Assembly: GCF_006345805.1 (NCBI RefSeq)
Contig: NC_043018.1
Location: 14,694,001 to 14,758,000 of the forward strand
Reading direction: 5' to 3'
Length of the DNA: 64,000 bases
Origin: Octopus sinensis
Lineage: Eukaryota
This document shows, piece after piece, positions 40,066-54,130 of this stretch. Under the pieces are notes generated by a model, which did not search any database, was not told the DNA's origin, and worked only from the letters and a program-made list of their open reading frames with translations. Made by a program: the position numbers and the translations under genes. Position 1 is the first letter of the stretch, and every line of letters begins with the position of its first letter.

Positions 40066-41683
40066 GTATGCTATCACTTATGGGTATATATAACATATAT
40101 ATGCTACCATTTATATATATATAAGTACATATATATATATATATATATAGGTATATATATATATCATAATATATATATAATATATATATATATTATATAT
40201 ATAAGTATTATATATATATATTATGTATGTATATATACATACATACAAGACAGATACACGCAGAAAAACACGTTCGCATACAAAATGAAAATACAGCAAA
40301 AGCCACTTCGAACTGTCGAATACTGCGCAAGAACACAAAAAAGACAAACAACATTGGCATTGAATGCTAAAGTCTCTCTCATCTAACAGTAAATACGAGT
40401 GTCTATATATTAACATAGCCAACAAAATCAATGGCGGAATGACAGAAGCAACACTTAAAATACGCACACATTCACACACGCACACGTTCACATAAATATT
40501 CGATTTAATCGATCATGCTAATTGTCTGTAAGATGGTGGCGTTGTGTTAATATGAGAAAATATTATTCAATTATAATTATTATTACTATTATAATTATTA
40601 TTATTATAATTATTATAATTAATATCGCTATTCCAATTATTATATATATTTTTCTTAACACGAATAGAACCCTTACCATATCTCTCTTCTTTGTTGTTAT
40701 TGTTTGTTATTTTTATTGCAGGGTAATTTATACCCGGTTGTGCGATGTCTATGTTTTAATACAACAGGTATACATTGTGATACATCCCATCTTCCATCGT
40801 TGTTACTGTTACCTATTTCTTTACTACCCACAAGGGGCTAAACACAGAGGGGACAAACAAGGACAGACAGACGGATTAAGTCGATTATACCGACCCCAGT
40901 GCGTAACTGGTACTTATTTAATCGACCCCGAAAGGATGAAAGGCAAAGTCGACCTCGGCGGAATTTGAACTCAGAACGTAGCGACGGGCGAAATACTGCT
41001 CAGCATTTCGCCCGGCGTGCTAACGACTCTGCCAGCTCGCCACCATCGTTGTTACTGTTACCGGTTGTTGCGATGATGCTGGAAGTGATGAAGGTGGTGC
41101 TAGTGGCGGGTTCTTGTCGCTGGTGGTGCTGAGTGTAGTGGCTCAGGTAGTCATGTCATGGCAACAATGTATGGAAAAATAAAAACGAAACAAAATTTGC
41201 GATTAATCCCTGGAGGTTTTTACATAATGAACGGGAGAAGAAGTACTCAATACCAACTTGAAATGCAATAGTTTATTTAGGCTTGTCGGGCGGTCTTCTA
41301 TAATGGACAATGGTGCCATAGAAAGACTGGATGTACAGATTTGTACACAGGCTTAAATCTCTATATATACATTCCTGTATACACACACACACACACACAC
41401 ACACACATGTTTGTGTGGATATGTGTGTGTGTGGTGTGTGTGTGCGTGCACAAGTGTTTATGATATATATAATACATATGAAAATATATAGTTATGTGTT
41501 CAATAAAATATTTGTGTGCATATATGCGTTTATTACAGACGTATGTACATATACATGCACATGTATGTATGTATGTATGTATGTATGTATGTATGTATGT
41601 ATGTATGTATGTATGCATGCATGTATGTATGTATGTATGTATGTATGTATGTTTGTATGTATGTATATGTATGTATATGTATG

Positions 41684-41715
<32 letters not shown>

Positions 41716-41863
41716 CGTACGTATGTATGTACGTACGTACGTACGTATGTATGTATGTATGTATGTATGTATGTATGTGTGTATGTGTATATGTGTGTAT
41801 GTATGTATGTATGTATGTATGTATGTATGCATGTATGTATGTATGTTTGTAAGTATGTATGTA

Positions 41864-41894
<31 letters not shown>

Positions 41895-42333
41895 ATATAT
41901 GTGTGTGTGTGTGTATACATTACCAGTAACTCTTCCATGTTTAACTCTGTCACTGATTTCGTGTTTATGTTTCAAAGTTGTGTTGTTCAGCCATGAAATA
42001 ATGAAATATCAGAAATGTCGGCAAATCTCTCAAAAAAGTAAAGAAAAATACTACAAAAATCAATAATATATGTTCTTAGTCTACAAAATTGTATCAGCTA
42101 TTGCATTTTAACTGAACCGCCATAAGTCAACCGTAACTCAACGGCTCCTCCTCTGTGGTCTCTCGATTTGCTAGAAATAGCAAAAGGTTCGTAATTTTCT
42201 GTAAAGTAAAAACGTTTTTTGATCTTTAGGTGTTCTTAATCAGGAATGGTTTGGAGTCCAAACAATAGGAGCAACGGCACTACTATTCTTGAATTATTGA
42301 AATCGTATTTGATGCCTAAATGTGTGTGCATGC

Positions 42334-42380
<47 letters not shown>

Positions 42381-42778
42381 GAGTTAAGAAAACAAACTCA
42401 GATAATCCAAGAGCATGTATTTGAAAACCATAAACAAGACACATTTGTATTTTTATTGAAATAATCTCCGCTTCCAGACGGAGAAGAACAATCACCTGCA
42501 GGCCGTTGGGACCCATATCCGAGCCGAGAATTCTTCAAACATTCACGTGGTGTAAAAAAAAAAAAAACCACATTATCAACGTCTGGAGACAAGACAATGG
42601 CTGTTGGCGCGTGTTTCCTCTTGAATTTCGTGAACAGCTTCACAGTGTCTCTACCTTTCCTCCGACAGAAAAAGATACTTTGATGTATTCCCCATAAAAG
42701 CAGCAAAAAATCAATTATTTTGAGTTGCCAATTTATACTTGTGTGTATGTGCGTATGTTATCTATGAATATATACGTT

Positions 42779-42857
<79 letters not shown>

Positions 42858-42885
42858 CAAAATAAAAACATGATGCAAAGGTTTA

Positions 42886-42979
42886 GCGGTACATATGTTT
42901 CGGGCCTTTATTACTTTATTAGACGGTTTATAACAATGCATATTGATGTAAATGTGTGTCTATAGCCTTCTTCAGCCGC
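42886..42979 (-). ncRNA. Type I hammerhead motif with long stem II insertion
   Basis: Minus strand gcgg-CTGAAGA-aggct...(~65 nt, includes tagac/gtcta)...ggccc-GAA-ACATATGT-A-ccgc: intact core, perfect 8-nt palindromic stem III, GUA site, stem I gcgg/ccgc. Confidence 0.75.
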
Positions 42980-43058
42980 GTCACCTACACCACTAAATGT
43001 CATATACAGGTGCTTACAATTATCAAGTATTCACCCTGAATTTTTATATATATATGTG

Positions 43059-43164
<106 letters not shown>

Positions 43165-43229
43165 TATATATATAGATATATTTATATTATATATATATAT
43201 ATTTATATATATATATATATTATATATAT

Positions 43230-43262
<33 letters not shown>

Positions 43263-43275
43263 ATATATATCTATA

Positions 43276-43314
<39 letters not shown>

Positions 43315-43346
43315 ATATATATATATATTTATATATATATATATAT

Positions 43347-43380
<34 letters not shown>

Positions 43381-43531
43381 ATATTTATAATATATATATG
43401 TATATATATATATATATATGTTGTCAGGAGTAAGCACATAAATATGAACAAGCTAAAAAATAAATAGTACTCGAATACCGGAGGTAGAGTAATATGCTTT
43501 ATTATTAATGCTGCAAAAAACATCATACGAA

Positions 43532-43645
43532 AACTACCACTCAGAGTTTCACGTTCCCGTTCGTCGGACAGCTGTGATTCCGAATCACAATATTCTGCAT
43601 CACAACTGTCCGGTTAACGGGAACATGAAACTCTGAGTAGCAGTT
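43532..43645. ncRNA. Inverted pair of hammerhead motifs (43532-43573 minus; 43604-43645 plus)
   Basis: Minus copy agctgt-CCGACGA-ACG(ggaa)CGT-GAA-ACTC(t)GAGT-G-gtagtt; plus copy aactgt-ccggtta-acg(ggaa)cat-GAA-ACTC(t)GAGT-A-gcagtt. Each copy carries core changes, but together they imply an intact CUGACGA/GUA ancestor. Confidence 0.6.
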
Positions 43646-43808
43646 ATTATTATTATTTTTTTTTCTGATGCCTTTGCACCTTTAATAATAAAGTATATGT
43701 ATTTCAATACGGAGCAAATAATTCAGGAGAAAATAATTTGCAAAGACATCATTGACTCTATTATTATCTAGTGTAACAATTTAAAAACGATAATCTGTTA
43801 CACTAGGT

Positions 43809-44010
43809 CAGTGGTTTTCAACCAGGGTTCCGCCAGTACTGTCTAGGGGTTCCGTAAGAAGTTACAAAACTGCTAAAATCGGCTGTAATTTTTAATTCTC
43901 CTGTGCAGATATGTGTGCATAAGACTATTAAATTATTGCACAGGGGTTCCTCGAGCCAGTGGAATGTTTCCTTGGGGTTCTGCTCCTGCAAAAAAGTTTG
44001 AAAAGCACTG
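43809..44010. mobile_element. hAT MITE
   Basis: TIRs CAGTGGTTTTCAA / TTGAAAAGCACTG; 8-bp flanks cactaggt / ccctagat (6 of 8 match). Confidence 0.75.
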
Positions 44011-44180
44011 CCCTAGATAATAATAAAATCAATGATATCTTCGCAAATTATTTTCTCGTAAAATTTTTGCTCCGTATTGAAATTATTTTCACACTGGTGG
44101 CTGCCATGATTCGGCGCAAAACGAATCAGTTGCAGCGCAGACTTCAACACGATGGGTTGGGGCTCTCTATCATGGTAACG

Positions 44181-44229
44181 CGTGCTGAGGAAGGTGAGGC
44201 TATTATGCCAGTCCAGAAACCGGTCCACG
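44181..44229 (+). ncRNA. Type I hammerhead motif
   Basis: cgtg-CTGAGGA-a-GG(tga-ggc tattat gcc-agt)CC-a-GAA-ACCGGT-C-cacg: intact core, palindromic ACCGGT, GUC site, stem I cgtg/cacg. Confidence 0.7.
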
Positions 44230-44566
44230 TGAGCCCAAATACTTGAATATATGCTGACCGATTGTCTTAGACGGTTTGCCTTCGGTCGGTTGATTTCTAT
44301 AGTTATTATCAGTATATTTTCGCAATTTAAATAAGAGTTTTGACTATTATTTCCAGCAGGTAGACCTACTTGATATTTCCTTCGATTAATTTTAAATCTA
44401 TATGTATATATTTAAATACGTAGTCTGATCAATAAGTATCCGGACTGTTGCCATAATAACGAAGCTAAAGCCCGTAGAATAAAGCTGCTTGGTACAGATT
44501 ACCTTGAATTCTGATGTGCATGCGCACTAAGTTTAAACGTCCTAGTCATTATAATATATATATATA

Positions 44567-44613
<47 letters not shown>

Positions 44614-44675
44614 TATATATATATACATATATATATACATATATGCACACACACACACATACACCCATATCTATA

Positions 44676-44709
<34 letters not shown>

Positions 44710-45644
44710 ATAATAAATATTAGGGAATGAATCCAAACTTACAGGAAAAATCAGATTTAGGATTGAGTCCAATTTTATAGTAAAATATATATTATAATAA
44801 ATTAGAGACAAAACCACTATTAGGCAAATCAAACAATGAAAAACTTAAGCCAATACATATGATTAATTTATATTATTTAAATATGTAACAAAATTATTAA
44901 TTATATTAATTATATTTTTTAATATTTAAATTATATAAAGTAATCTATGTATTGGCTTAAGTTTTTCATTGTTTGATTGCTAATAGTGTTTTGTCTCTAA
45001 TTTATTATAATATATATCTATATATATATATATATATATTAAGTAATGTAATATAATACAAAAGAACAAAAAAAACGAAAGAGACCTCAATATTATGTGA
45101 ATAGAGGAATTTATCTGTAAATGTAATATGTGACAATTATTCGGTAGCCAAACTATGGGAACGTGGCTTTCAAAGTTAGAAACGAAAACCAACCGAAGCA
45201 ATTCCTCTGTAAACACCAATTATAATGCAACGATGAGTAATAGTCACAATATAAAATATATTCTTAAAAAGTATGTTATAGATGTACTGAACAGATATGT
45301 AAGTGATAACGCCATAAATGGCCTCCACTCGTCTTCTCCATCATGAATAAAGATGGATGTGCTACATGTTCACTTAAATATACTGGTTTTCGGTGTCATT
45401 CCTACATAATTAAGTTTTTTCAAAGCTAACAATACATAAAATCATCACAGTTCTTCCTTGCAAAAATACTATCGCCACTGGGGATTGAACTCTTAACCCG
45501 AGGGTGTGAGTAATACTAACATTCTTATCCGCAGTCTAGCGACATCAGCCATTGTTGTTCAGAGTAATTAGACTAAATGTTTTATCGATCCCGCAAGAAT
45601 GGAAGGTAAACTTTAGATCTGAGCAGGATCTCAACTCAGAGACG

Positions 45645-45928
45645 GTCCTGGCACTCCGTCCGTTACGACGACCCGGGTTCCGGTTGATCCGATCAACTGA
45701 ACAGCTTAACTTGCAAGTGGATGAACACTCCGCAGACACGGTACAGTTAGCGTAGTTCTCAGGGTGACTCAGCGTGACACAGAATGTGACAAGGCTGGCC
45801 CTTTGAAATGCGGGTACAACTCACTTTTGTCAACTGAGTGAACTGGAGCTCAAGGACACAAAACGCCGCCCAGTATCGAAATCACAACATTACCGTCGTG
45901 AGCTGAATAACTCTAACAACTAAGCCAC
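45645..45928 (-). mobile_element. SINE with a different tRNA-like head but the same tail as 63735-64000
   Basis: Minus head gtggcttagttgttagag...gtgtccttgagc joined to tail gggccagccttgtcac...cgtcgtaacggacggagtg. Confidence 0.6.
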
Positions 45929-46015
45929 AGATCTTCGCCTTCGAAGACGGTAAAGGGAGGAAAATGAATATTGCAACTTCAATGTCTTACTATTGTGACA
46001 GCTTCAACAAATGGA

Positions 46016-46370
46016 GGCGCAATGGCCCAGTGGTTAAGGCAGCGGACTCGCGGTCGGAGGATCGCGGTTTCGATTTCCAGACCGGGCGTTGTGTGTGTTT
46101 ATTGAGCGAAAATACCTAAAGCTCCACGAGGCTCCGGCAGGGGGTGGTGGCGACCCCTGTTGTACTCTTTCGCCCCAACTTTCTCTCACTCTTTCTTCCT
46201 GTTTCCTCTCCCCGACTTCCTACGCAACTGCTGAGCCTGGATACGCATTCATCCATCCGTCGATGCTCTCGGTGTCGCGGGTTGACCTGCTTTCCTTTCT
46301 GCGGGTCTTACGAATAGCAAAGGACCACGATTCGGACCGGACCGCTCCACAGCAACAGCAACAGCGTCAA
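46016..46370 (+). mobile_element. SINE family C with tRNA(Arg)-like head
   Basis: A-box TGGCCCAGTGG (46023), B-box GGTTTCGATTT (46066); body shared with 47523-47725, 55942-56026 and 63735-64000. Confidence 0.8.
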
Positions 46371-46899
46371 CAACAAATACATGATATATCTTATCGACCC
46401 CCAGAGAAGAGAAAATTTCATGGTCATCTTTTGGTGGGATCTAAACACGAAATTTAAAGAAATATAACAGAATTGCACTAAATATTTTCTTCAATCCTTT
46501 TTAGTTTGTTTTTGTTTTTGTTTCTCTTTTTCCTGGTAGCGCCTTCTCTCGATCGATAGAAAAAAATGATTTATCAACATTCGTACAAGACCAGAATTTT
46601 CTATTCCTTGTCGGGTGGAAAAAGACATTCCTTCTAAACGTTTCTAAATATTGACGAATCATGTTGTGTGCATGTATGTGTTTGCGCGCGCACGCACGCG
46701 TGTGTGTGTATGTATGTTTCTGTATGTATGTGTGTGTGTATATCTTTTGGCGTTATTGTGACCGCGCGTGTCTGAATACGTGTGCATGTGTGTGCGTATG
46801 CGTATGCATGCATATGTGTTTGCGCATAAATATGTTTGTACGAAAATACATACGCGCACACACACACACACACTCACACACACGCACACACACACACAC

Positions 46900-46945
<46 letters not shown>

Positions 46946-47391
46946 ACAGATGAGCGTATAATGAATCCTCTAGTGTGATAGCATGGAGTGAATGCTGTAT
47001 CTGTTTGACTAGAATTGGGTCAAAGGTTTTTCCATTTCTCCCTAAACAAATTGGTGAGTGTTTCCTTTACGAATTATATTTGCTGAAATGTTGCAAAAAG
47101 AATCGCTTGTCGTCCCTTATCTCCGCCATTCATTCTCGTATGAAAGCTCCGTTGATGAAATTTGGAAAGTAAAGCAGTCGAGGAAGATAGCCGGCCTCAT
47201 CCAACTTCCATGGCTGAATGCACCCTTCTATAAAATAGTTCAGTTTGATTTATATATATATATATATATATATATATCTGTGTAAAATGATGCATACATA
47301 CATACATATATAAAATATATAAATATATATAATAATATATATATATATATAGATAGAAGATATAGATAGATAGATAGATAGATAGATAGCG

Positions 47392-47484
<93 letters not shown>

Positions 47485-47522
47485 TGTATATTTATATATA
47501 TGTGTATATATATATATATATA

Positions 47523-47725
47523 TCACCGTGATCACCGTGACCGACCAGGCTATCAGATGTTGCTACACATCGCTGGTCACAATGCGTTTCGCATTGTTTT
47601 AGCCTTTAAATGACGCCACCTCACTGGCTAAGCGAGCAGGCCAACAGAAGAATGAGTGAGAAAAAGTTGTGGCGAAAGAGTACAGCAGGGATTGCCACCA
47701 CCCCCTGCCGGAGCCTCGTGGAGCT
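47523..47725 (-). mobile_element. SINE C, 5'-truncated, alternative tail
   Basis: Body identical in layout to 46120-46200, then a different tail. Confidence 0.75.
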
Positions 47726-47760
47726 TATATATATATATATATATATTATTATATATATAT

Positions 47761-47816
<56 letters not shown>

Positions 47817-47940
47817 GATTGATGATTGATTGATTGATTCTAGTTTCAGCTTATGAGCTGTGGCCATGCTGGGGCACCGCCATTTGGTGTTGCTACTTGG
47901 TTTCACTTCATGGAGGCTTTCTAGCAACTGCTATATATAT

Positions 47941-48430
47941 ATCAGGTTGAGTAAAAAGTAAGCAACGTTTTGAACCATGAAGAATTTGAATTTTTGCAGT
48001 TTCGAATATTTTTAAACAGTTTTTTTTTGGGGGGGGGGGGCGATTGTCTGATAATGCAGTGATAGACTTGCCCAGAAGCATCAATAAATTAACATTGATA
48101 TTTTTTTTCACCGTTGTTACAATCATCTGTAACCGAGTTGGTCGTGAATTTTGTTTGTGCCTCGTTCCAAAGGTTAGTGAGGGATTGATGAATGATATTT
48201 GATGTTGAGTCTTGAGACACTTGTTTTTGCTGCCTTTCGGCAGTTTTGTTAACACTGCACCCCCTTGTTTGTAGGGGGAAGCGCATTATTTGTGCCTTGA
48301 TAATGTATGAAGATTCGAATTATTCAGACGTAACGAAGTCTCGAAAAAAGTTACTGAAAAGTTTCGATATTGCAGACCAGAAGATTGGAAAAATGAAGAT
48401 GGAAAACCAAAATGAATTTTATTGCTGCGG
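47941..48430 (-). mobile_element. Decayed mariner-like transposon end
   Basis: TIR-like tatcaggttgagtaaaaagtaagcaacg; minus frames (IHQSLTNLWNEAQTKF...) weakly resemble a mariner transposase C-terminus. Confidence 0.35.
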
Positions 48431-48523
48431 CTGGTGAAAAAATTGAAGAAATTTATTTTAATAAAGCAGATTTTAAAAAAGTGTGTGTGTGTCTGTATGT
48501 ATGCATGCATGCATGTATGTATG

Positions 48524-48557
<34 letters not shown>

Positions 48558-49113
48558 TGTATGTATGTATGTATGTATGTATGTATGTATGTGTGTATGT
48601 ATATAATATATATATATATTCCGATTAAAGCGACAAATCTAAACAATTGACTGGAAAATGATGAGCTTTCCAGGCTAGAATCGAACCCACATATCAACTC
48701 TAACACGTGTATCGCCAATATAGAGTTTTGTAAAATTGTTTTTTTTTTAAATACAATAATTAAAAAAAACGTTAAAACCAGACCACGTTGTAACTTTATT
48801 CAACTGATTTATTATTCTATAATCATTTGCACAAATTCGGAAAATATATATATATAATTATATACACATGTACATGTGTGTGTGCGTGTGTCTGTGCGTG
48901 TGTGTGCGTGTGTGTGTGTGTGTGTATGTGTGTGTGTGTGCGCATGTGTGCGTGTGTGTGTGTATAATACGGAGGTTTCCAACATGCACACATGTATAAT
49001 TCCTCACAAAATATATCAATGCATCTTTAGCGACTTCAGATATAAAACAATAATCCATGATGGACAACAACTAACAAAACAGGATGTTAAAAGATAGTCA
49101 ACAGGCATCAAGC

Positions 49114-50547
<1,434 letters not shown>

Positions 50548-50983
50548 CAAATTTAGTTAACGGAGTTTCTTCTGTAAGAACAATCATGATTTTATTTCTT
50601 TAAGAAATATTGTTTAATTCTATTTGATTATTTATTTAACTATTATTGTTAATATTGTTAACCTGAGGAGTGACAATACTTTTAAATTGAATTGTATTTC
50701 GATTAAATTTAAATTTAGCTGTAATTCGAATTGAAATTATAGCCATGAAACGTATGTAGTCTTTTTACTTATATATTGTTTATTGATTTTTGTACTTTTT
50801 GTGATCTAGTTATATGTTTTATAATATATTTTATTTTTCCTTTATGATTTGGTTTATGTCTATCATTGTTCGAATTACATAATAGTGGCTTTTCTCTAAT
50901 TTATATATATTATATATTTATATTGTGAAATTTGATTTAATACTAAATTGAATTTTTCCCTGTGAGTTTGGAGTTATACTCCA

Positions 50984-51058
<75 letters not shown>

Positions 51059-51235
51059 TAAACAGTAAAGCGAGTAGCCACATCAAAGTGGCAGTTGAGT
51101 GTCACTACTAGCTTAACCCCAGCCAGATTCTTCGCGAGCTGGTTTTCGGTGCAACACTCTGCACCCTTTATATGGACTACATCACCAGCAGGGTGAGCGA
51201 ACCCCTACAACTCTCCAGTAGCAACTAACAATATC

Positions 51236-51280
51236 GCAGGACTGGCCCAGTTTCGAGCTATTTGGCTCATCCTCAGCCGC
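51236..51280 (-). ncRNA. Type I hammerhead motif, core intact
   Basis: Minus strand gcgg-CTGAGGA-t-GAGC(caaata)GCTC-GAA-ACTGG(g)CCAGT-C-ctgc; GUC site. Confidence 0.75.
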
Positions 51281-51437
51281 ATTCACCTGCGCACTGGAGT
51301 GATAGCTAAAATCCGCTTCTGCCAGCGATATATTGTAAACAAAGTGACCATCGGTCACTCATTTGCAACAAACAAAATAGCTATTTATGTAATCTCAAGG
51401 AGAGATAAAATAGTAACGTACTCTAAACAGTAAAGCG

Positions 51438-51484
51438 CGCGGCTGAGGATGAGCCAAATAGCTCGCAACCGGACCAGTCCCGCG
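51438..51484 (+). ncRNA. Second, inverted copy of the same hammerhead with GAAA changed to GCAA
   Basis: cgcgg-CTGAGGA-t-GAGC(caaata)GCTC-GCA-accggaccagt-C-ccgcg; perfect 5-bp stem I. Confidence 0.6.
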
Positions 51485-51671
51485 ATTCTGTTAGCTGCAG
51501 GAGGGTAGCGATGTATTTGTATATAAAGGGTGCAGACCGCTATACTGAAAACCAGCTGGTGGAGAATCTGCCTGGGGTTAAACTAGTAGTAATACTCATC
51601 TGCCACTTTTATGTGGCCACTCGCTCTACTGTTTAGTATACGTTACTATTTTATAACTATCTATAACCATA

Positions 51672-52050
51672 GGCGCAGGAGTGGCATGTGGTAAGTAGCT
51701 TGGTTACCAACCACATGGTTCCGGATTCAGTCCCACTGCGTGGCACCTTGGGAAAGTGTCTTCTACTATAGCCTCGGGCCGACCAAAGCCTTGTGAACGC
51801 ATTTGGTAGACGGAAACTGAAAGAAGCCCGTCGTATATATGTACATATATATATACGTGTGTGTTTGTGTGTGTCTTTGTCAACTGATGCTGGTGTGTTT
51901 GCGTCCTCGTAACTTTGCGATTCGGCAAAAGAGACCGATAGAATAAGTACTAGGCTTACAAAGAATAAGTCCTGGGGTCGATTTGCTCGACTAAAAGCGG
52001 TGCTCCATCATAGCCGTAGTCAAATGACTGAAACAAGTAAAAGAGTAAAA
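51672..52050 (+). mobile_element. SINE family A
   Basis: Colinear, with an internal deletion. Confidence 0.85.
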
Positions 52051-52750
52051 GCGAAAGAGCTACTTTGCTTACATATATATATATATATATATATAATATT
52101 TTAATATTTAATATTTAATATTAATATTTAATATTTAATATTTCATTCGTAGGCTTTCCTTAAAACTTGATCGAACGTACGTCCGTGGATACTAAAAAAA
52201 TTATGATATTGCAGTCAATCATTTCTCTCTTACCTGTTTGTGCCTTCCAAATGCTGTTTTTACTGAGATCTCCCTTTTTAGTAGAAGAAATCGCTATAAC
52301 CCTTGACTGCTATTTCTAAATTCGGTATTGGTACGGCAACTCGTTGCTAAACCCTTATTGCTTAGTATATATATAATATATATTTATATAATACCCACAC
52401 CAGTAACATGCAAAACACGTAGACCCGCGTATGTACATGCGCATGCGCGGATGCGCATACATATACGCACATGCAGATACAGGCGCATGGTGTGTACCCC
52501 TATCTGCGCATGAAGATAGGGATACGCATCATAGAAGGACAGAATGGACTAGGTGGAGCCAGAAGATACATGTGAATGGAACGGGTCGCTGAAGAGGTCA
52601 CAGATGTGTGATGACAGGTTTCCAGACGATGGGAATAATATAAAATTACAAACAATAATAAACGAATAAAGAATGAATACATACCATCCCGAAATATAAA
52701 AATAATAGATTTTTATTAAATAAATTTTAAAGATGTGTAACTTTTTATTC

Positions 52751-52827
<77 letters not shown>

Positions 52828-52828
52828 T

Positions 52829-53050
52829 GGCAATCCCTCAAGGTCGAGGATGATAGTCTTCGCGCAAATTTATTGGTGAGTCCGCAGGTGACTGATAAGA
52901 CCAATTCTTGCTCGAAAAGATCGGTCACAGTGCGGACATCTAGTGCCGGAAGGGAGAGTCGCACGTGGTTGTTGTTGGTGCTCCTTCTGTCTTCGTCTTT
53001 TCTCCTCCAGCTCTGCAGACCTTTTCGACTCGAAATTCGCCGTTCCAATA
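52829..53050 (-). mobile_element. RTE (BovB-like) LINE 3' end
   Basis: FESKRSAELEEKRRRQKE...RCPHCDRSFRARIGLISHLRTHQ*, short 3' UTR, then (TA)/(TAA)/(TGA) repeats. Confidence 0.8.
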
Positions 53051-53064
53051 TTATTATTATTGTG

Positions 53065-53795
53065 TGTGTGCCAGGTCAGTGGTGAGGTTCTTTTATGAAT
53101 GCTACTGATGACCTGTTGTATGGTTGGGTCGTCGGTGACTAAACCGGTACACCCACCAGGCTTGCTTAGTGAGGAGGATTGCTAGAAACCCAGCAAGACT
53201 AGAAATAAGACCTGTCAAAAGAACAGATGAACCTAGTGTAGGTTCAACGATGATCTAGCAATTTCTCGGTCCCGGAGAAATTCCGAGTTGGTGATCGGCG
53301 TGCTGGAAGACCACTGGGAGTGAAGCATCCTTTACTTTTTGTCAAAGCATGTCCCTAGGAGAAGGTCACTCTGATTGAAACCAAATGTTCAGGAAATGAC
53401 ATTGAACAGTTTTTAGGACCTTTTGCTTTTGCTTGACGCTCTCATGACGCTCTCGCATTCCTGAGCCTGCGACCTATAATAACTCCTGGTATCTTGTTCT
53501 GGCTCGTCTCTGGATTATGTCGGTAGGGTAGAGAGGGTCTTTGAGGTGCTGTGCAAGGCTGATTAGAGCTAAAGTTTTAGGTTGAGCAATCGCCTTCGAG
53601 GCAACTATCCGATGCCCAGTTGAAGAGGAGGGCACCGTAGCGAGCATAGAAGCTGCGGATGCGAATCCGGCTGAATCCGGCTGAATCCGACTGCTTGTGC
53701 GGTAACCTAAAGCGCGGAGCATTGCTGGCATTTTGCCTGGGCAATGATCAGTGATAGTCTTCCTCGGTCCCGAGTGGACAGCCATCATCTTCATC
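53065..53795 (+). mobile_element. Internally deleted RTE-like element (5' UTR joined to 3' end)
   Basis: RTE-like 5' UTR motif ggagaaggtcactctgattgaaacc (~53380) and RTE-like 3' terminus gtcttcctcggtcccgagtggacagccatcatc; no RT between them. Confidence 0.5.
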
Positions 53796-54130
53796 ATTCG
53801 TGCGCGCGCGTGTAAAAACCGAAAATGATATAAATGCTCAATTAGTCACAGTTCTTTTAGAGTACGAAATAGAACTTCGTAGTTTTTTTTTCTTTTTTAA
53901 AAAGTCAACCAAAAAAGAGACTATGGAATACGAACGAATGAAAATTTTTATTTAATCAAAAGACTTTCTTAAATCGATAAAATATCAAAATGCTAAAAAC
54001 TGATAAAATGTGAAAGAATACAGTGACATGATTTTTACGTATTTTATAAGACAAATATTTAATTCCCAAGAGACTTCAACCAACGTGTCGATATAAGATA
54101 TGAGTTATGAAAAATTATAAAATACTTGAT

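Larger units (their letters stand above)
51059..51655. mobile_element. Inverted dimer of a ~250-bp hammerhead-bearing unit
   Basis: 51060-51280 is the diverged reverse complement of ~51438-51640; unit 51406-51655 itself has ~30-bp inverted termini. Confidence 0.75.

Noticed and set aside
46016-46090. Possible tRNA-Arg gene
   Set aside because: No proper acceptor stem or terminator, and it runs into a repeated body found elsewhere in the window, so it is a SINE head.
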